DNA from: Ylistrum balloti
Lineage: Eukaryota
Reading direction: 5' to 3'
Length of the DNA: 64,000 nucleotides
NCBI RefSeq assembly: GCF_031769215.1
Contig: NW_026782555.1
Coordinates: forward strand, 186,001-250,000
Shown: piece after piece, positions 60,161-64,000 of the stretch
How positions within the stretch are numbered: position 1 is the first letter of the stretch
How the letters are laid out: each line of letters starts with the position of its first letter
The notes under the pieces: model-generated
The model's input: only the letters and a program-made list of their open reading frames with translations
The model's database searches: none
Told to the model about the DNA's origin: nothing
Position numbers and translations under genes: made by a program

Positions 60161-63035
60161 ATGAAATACAATGTCTTATTTATGCACAAAAGTATTTTGA
60201 GTGCAGAAGTAGCAATGGCAAGTGGATCACATGGAGACAAGCGTAATATAAAAATTATAGCCAGCGGGTCTCGAGCTTACGACGAAGATTACGTTAAGAA
60301 AAAACTTGCAAGAGCACAACAAAAGGTAAGAAAAATAATGGTTAGCATTTTTGGAAGCAAGTCAATGATGATTTGACAAACATGCATGAAGTTTAGAGAA
60401 TAAATGACTTATTTACATCACAAGTGAATTTATAATTTGAGAAATATAAAAAAACAAATTAGTTTTTCATTTGAATACCAATATAAAACTTTCATGCAAG
60501 TTCATTTTTCAATTCGAAGGATGTTGAGCTTACTTGCTCTGACATGCCACAGAATAGTGCAGTGCATTCTTGTGGTAAAATAATTGTTCACTAGAACATT
60601 TCTCATAGCATTTTGAACAAAAAAAACTGCAAGGATATGATTAATAAAAACAAACTTGATGTACATACCTGTATGTGAGAGGGGATTTTGAAATGGAATG
60701 TTATGAAACATTAATGGAAACGGATTTTGCATTCATTGACAACTGAACATGAATTTCCATTTGATAGATATATGTGATTTGTGAAATAATTGTGAAAATA
60801 TGGGACAGAATCCTTTTTATCACATGGTTGATTATTCAAGCAAATGTTATAAAATGAAGGAGATGAACAATCAAACTTGACAACAAACATGACGTAATTT
60901 CAACTCTATATCAATATCTATTGTCCCTATCTTGTGGTAAGTGTAATATCATTTCACTCTCTTAACTTGACATCTTGATAGTTTATATTACATAGGAATA
61001 TATTCACTTTATGACAAATTGTGTGATAGAAATATATTTACAACTTTTGTAAATGAAAGAAAAAAATGTAATTATATATATGTTGACTGTACTAGGTAGC
61101 TGCAGCCATGAAAAAAATGCAAAAGGCTAACCACTATGTGAATTACGATGTCAGCAGCAGTTCGGATTCATCATCATCTGATGATGAGGGAATAGGTTCT
61201 TCTTTCCAAGGTTTGTTTATCACACCACATTCTCTGACAAGACACAAAAGAACTCATTTTCTTGAATAATTTTTATATGTTTATACTTTTATTGCTGATG
61301 ATAAACTTGGAGAAGATTATCATGAAGGTATTAAACAAACTACATCAGGCTTCCTTACTGAAGTAATCGGAGACAGGTCTCTTCTGAAGTAAATCGGAAC
61401 TATAACTTTGCAAAATGTTAAGCAAGGAGCATGAAAGTTGGTGTATATACTAGTCATGCTAAGGTTTTGTGCAGTAGACAAAATTCTGGGCTTGAAACCC
61501 CTTAATTACAGAGTAATTGCCCTTTGTTAAAATTTTATGTCCAGTAAAGCTGTTTTCAGGGAAAATTCATCAGTTTCACTGATACTCTTGTTTACTATCC
61601 TGCATTTTGATTTTGTCTTGAAATCCTTCTTTAAGTTTTAGCATAGGACAGACATACTTTAATTTTGTTCACTGCAGGTTTCAGTAACAAGCAAGGCGGT
61701 GCAAAAATGGAAATTAAAAAACAAATGGGTGATGGAATTGCCAACATAACTATCGGCAGTGCTAAAAATATACAAATGGGTGACCGTAATGTTATGGTGA
61801 TAAACAAGGGTGGTGCCAAACCTGAACAGAAATCTGTGGCAGAGGATGTTGATATGCCGTCCGCACAAGATGAATCATCGCAGGATCTGACACTGACAGC
61901 TGCTCAACAGGCAGTCCTTGGTGAGTTCCCTTTCAGGCAAATATAGTTGTCATTGGTTCTGTTTACAAGATTTCTCAGCACTGAATAAAATAAATGGATT
62001 TAAGTTGGTTTTTATGAGTGAAAAAGAGTAAATTTGTTATAGAGCACCATGTAAACCTGTCCTTTACTGAAAAATTTCTGCTTATCATAAAAATAACTGT
62101 CTGCCCATTCATCATTGATAAATGTCTGCCCTTTCATCATTGATAAAATCTGCCCATTCATCATTGATAAATGCCTGCCAATTCCTTAATGATCACTGTC
62201 TGCCCTTTTATCATTGATAAATGTCAACCCATTCATCATTGATAAATGTTTGCTTGTTCATCGTTGATCAACATCTGCCAATTCCTTATTGATCCATGTC
62301 TTCTGCCCTTTCATCATTGATAAATGTCTACCCATTCATCGTTGATAAATGTCTACCAATTCATCATTGATAAATGTCTACCCATTCATCATTGATAAAT
62401 GTCTACCAATTCATCATTGATAAATGTCTACCCATTCATCATTGATAAATTCCTGAATGATAACAACAGTTACCAATAGCACATCAATATATATGACAAC
62501 CTTTGAACTCTGTTGTTAAGACCTGCTCTGGATAAGAGCATGTCTCCTTCGATGTAAACATCACCAACTGTAACAGGATTTCCATCAGATGTCACAGATA
62601 ATGTAAAGTTGGTGCATACCAGGTTAGTTTTCAATCACAGTAGACACGACTGGTCATGAAATTCTGTAATCCACACAATGGCTTCAAGTAGCTATTATAA
62701 ATGTACAATATATATATACAATTTACATATGTGCAATGGATATAAACAGGTCATCTGTATGTGCCAGCCTTATGAAAGTTTCTTAAGCAAAAACCTTAAA
62801 TTAAATCTTTCGATAGGAACTCCTCGAAATAAAGGAAGAATCTAATTTCAGAACATTTGTTTTACACACTTTGTCTGATCTCTATACATGATGTTAGTTT
62901 CAAAATATTGGCACACTTTCGGCAATGTGTTTATTTTTTAATCACATTATCTGACCACAGATTCAGAGGAGGTTGTTGATGACAGGAGCTTACGTATCCT
63001 TTCAACATGCATTGGGAACCCATGGCGACGAATTT
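60161..63035 (+). CDS. RHIM-containing, kinase-less adaptor with a probable C-terminal death domain (IMD/RIP1-like); exons 60161(or 60215)-60325, 61096-61210, 61678-61920, 62961-63035; 3' end not located in the window
   Basis: In-phase GT-AG splicing (0,1,1) gives MASGSHGDKRNIKIIASGSRAYDEDYVKKKLARAQQK-VAAAMKKMQKANHYVNYDVSSSSDSSSSDDEGIGSSFQ-GFSNKQGGAKMEIKKQMGDGIANITIGSAKNIQMGDRNVMVINKGG...AVL-DSEEVVDDRSLRILSTCIGNPWRRI. The RHIM core IQMG is at 61770-61781. The last exon resembles death-domain helices 1-2. Confidence 0.75.
61330..61592. mobile_element. Truncated copy of the 11.4-12.3-kb interspersed element in intron 2 of the RHIM gene
   Basis: Shared ttacagagtaattgccctttgttaaaatttt and terminal ttcatcagtttcactgatactcttgt. 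Confidence 0.65.
62095..62452. repeat. 25-bp minisatellite (ataaatgtctacccattcatcattg) in intron 3 of the RHIM gene
   Basis: About 14 tandem copies are directly visible. Confidence 0.92.
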
Positions 63036-64000
63036 GTAAGTAATCCCTCATAATGTTTATCTTTGAATTGGTTCATTGCCTTGGTGTTGTGATGAACTGC
63101 ATGGTTGTTTGTTTTTGCTGGGCTGGTATTTCGGGATTAAATCCCTTTCAAATATTACCAACGATATAATATGCAATGTGACATCGATTACATTGCCATA
63201 TTGTTTGAATAGTTCAATAATGCTGAAGATATTATCAAGTTTAATTGAAATATCCTGAAAAAAAGTTAATCGCTAGGGATCAAATGATTCCAGCAAATGT
63301 CTTTCTTTTTCTGTTTATAATGTAAACTAAAGTATTGATGAGGAATGGATCCCTGCCCAGAAAAATCGTCCAGTTAATTTGTAAATAGGATAGAGGCTCA
63401 TGGTGACCTATTGGGATGGCTTTTTGTATGGAATCTCAAACTTTTAACATTTTTAACTTCTGGAAAAATCCTGATCCAATTTCACTGAAAATTTACAGAA
63501 ACCTTCTATGGCTATAGGATAATTATACCTTTAAACTATATGGTTGTCACCTCCATGGGCCTGATTGGCAGTGCCAAAAGTGGTAAAATTGACTCAAATT
63601 TCGAAAAAAAAACCCCACCTGGATTGGGTACATGAAAATGTTCTTCATGGATATAAAGGTCATAAGGTGCTTTACCAAAATTGTGATTTCATGACTGCAG
63701 GGTCTTGTATGTTTTCCACTGTGGAGGGGGTAAAGTTTACTATAGTTTATATAGGAAAATTACCTCTTTTATTAGCACTGTTCATGTGGCAAGGCAAGGC
63801 AAGTGACTGTGACACCTTCAACAATGGTTATGTGAAAAAAAAATAGTGAACTTGTACTTAAATTCAGGAGAGTAGAAAGCCTGCTGGCAACAGATAGAGG
63901 CAGATTGTCTGTAACCTTAAATTGATAAAACAGTTGTTACAATACACAGAAAATGTTCCATCCACAAACGACCACTTGCTTCCTCCTTCTGTAATATTGA

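Noticed and set aside
775-62452. The many regular tandem arrays as CRISPR arrays
   Set aside because: Units are contiguous with no unique spacers, there are no cas genes, and the context is a spliced eukaryotic genome.
63036-64000. Next exon of the putative death domain
   Set aside because: The candidate acceptors I tried (~63332, ~63870) gave stops or sequence unlike a death domain in the required phase. The exon probably lies beyond the window, so the domain call rests on one exon.

Overview
AT-rich eukaryotic (animal) genomic DNA. Gene content, intron style and repeat families suggest a mollusc, probably a bivalve; this is inference, not an identification. I rebuilt seven spliced protein-coding genes by hand from GT-AG boundaries with consistent reading phase, and most of their exons are missed or fragmented in the ORF track. 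In order: (1) selenocysteine lyase SCLY (-, first four exons, running off the left edge); (2) an SDR16C/retinol dehydrogenase-like gene (+, 6 exons, 322 aa); (3) CYB5D1 (-, 4 exons, 215 aa); (4) NAA38/LSMD1 (+, 4 exons, 97 aa); (5) a 985-aa secreted protein with signal peptide, Reeler domain and an ~800-aa Gly/Met/Leu and Asn/Gln/Trp low-complexity tail (-, 4 coding exons); (6) a carotenoid oxygenase, BCO2-like (+, 12 exons, 550 aa with a putative mitochondrial leader exon), whose first intron holds a decayed hAT transposon; (7) a kinase-less protein with a clear RHIM motif followed by what looks like the start of a death domain (IMD/RIP1-like adaptor; +, running off the right edge). The first six genes form three head-to-head pairs. 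Introns and spacers are full of minisatellites, several of which begin exactly at splice donors and copy them, plus tRNA-derived SINE-like and non-autonomous DNA elements. The strongest leads are the RHIM/death-domain adaptor, the Reeler low-complexity protein and the donor-seeded minisatellites.
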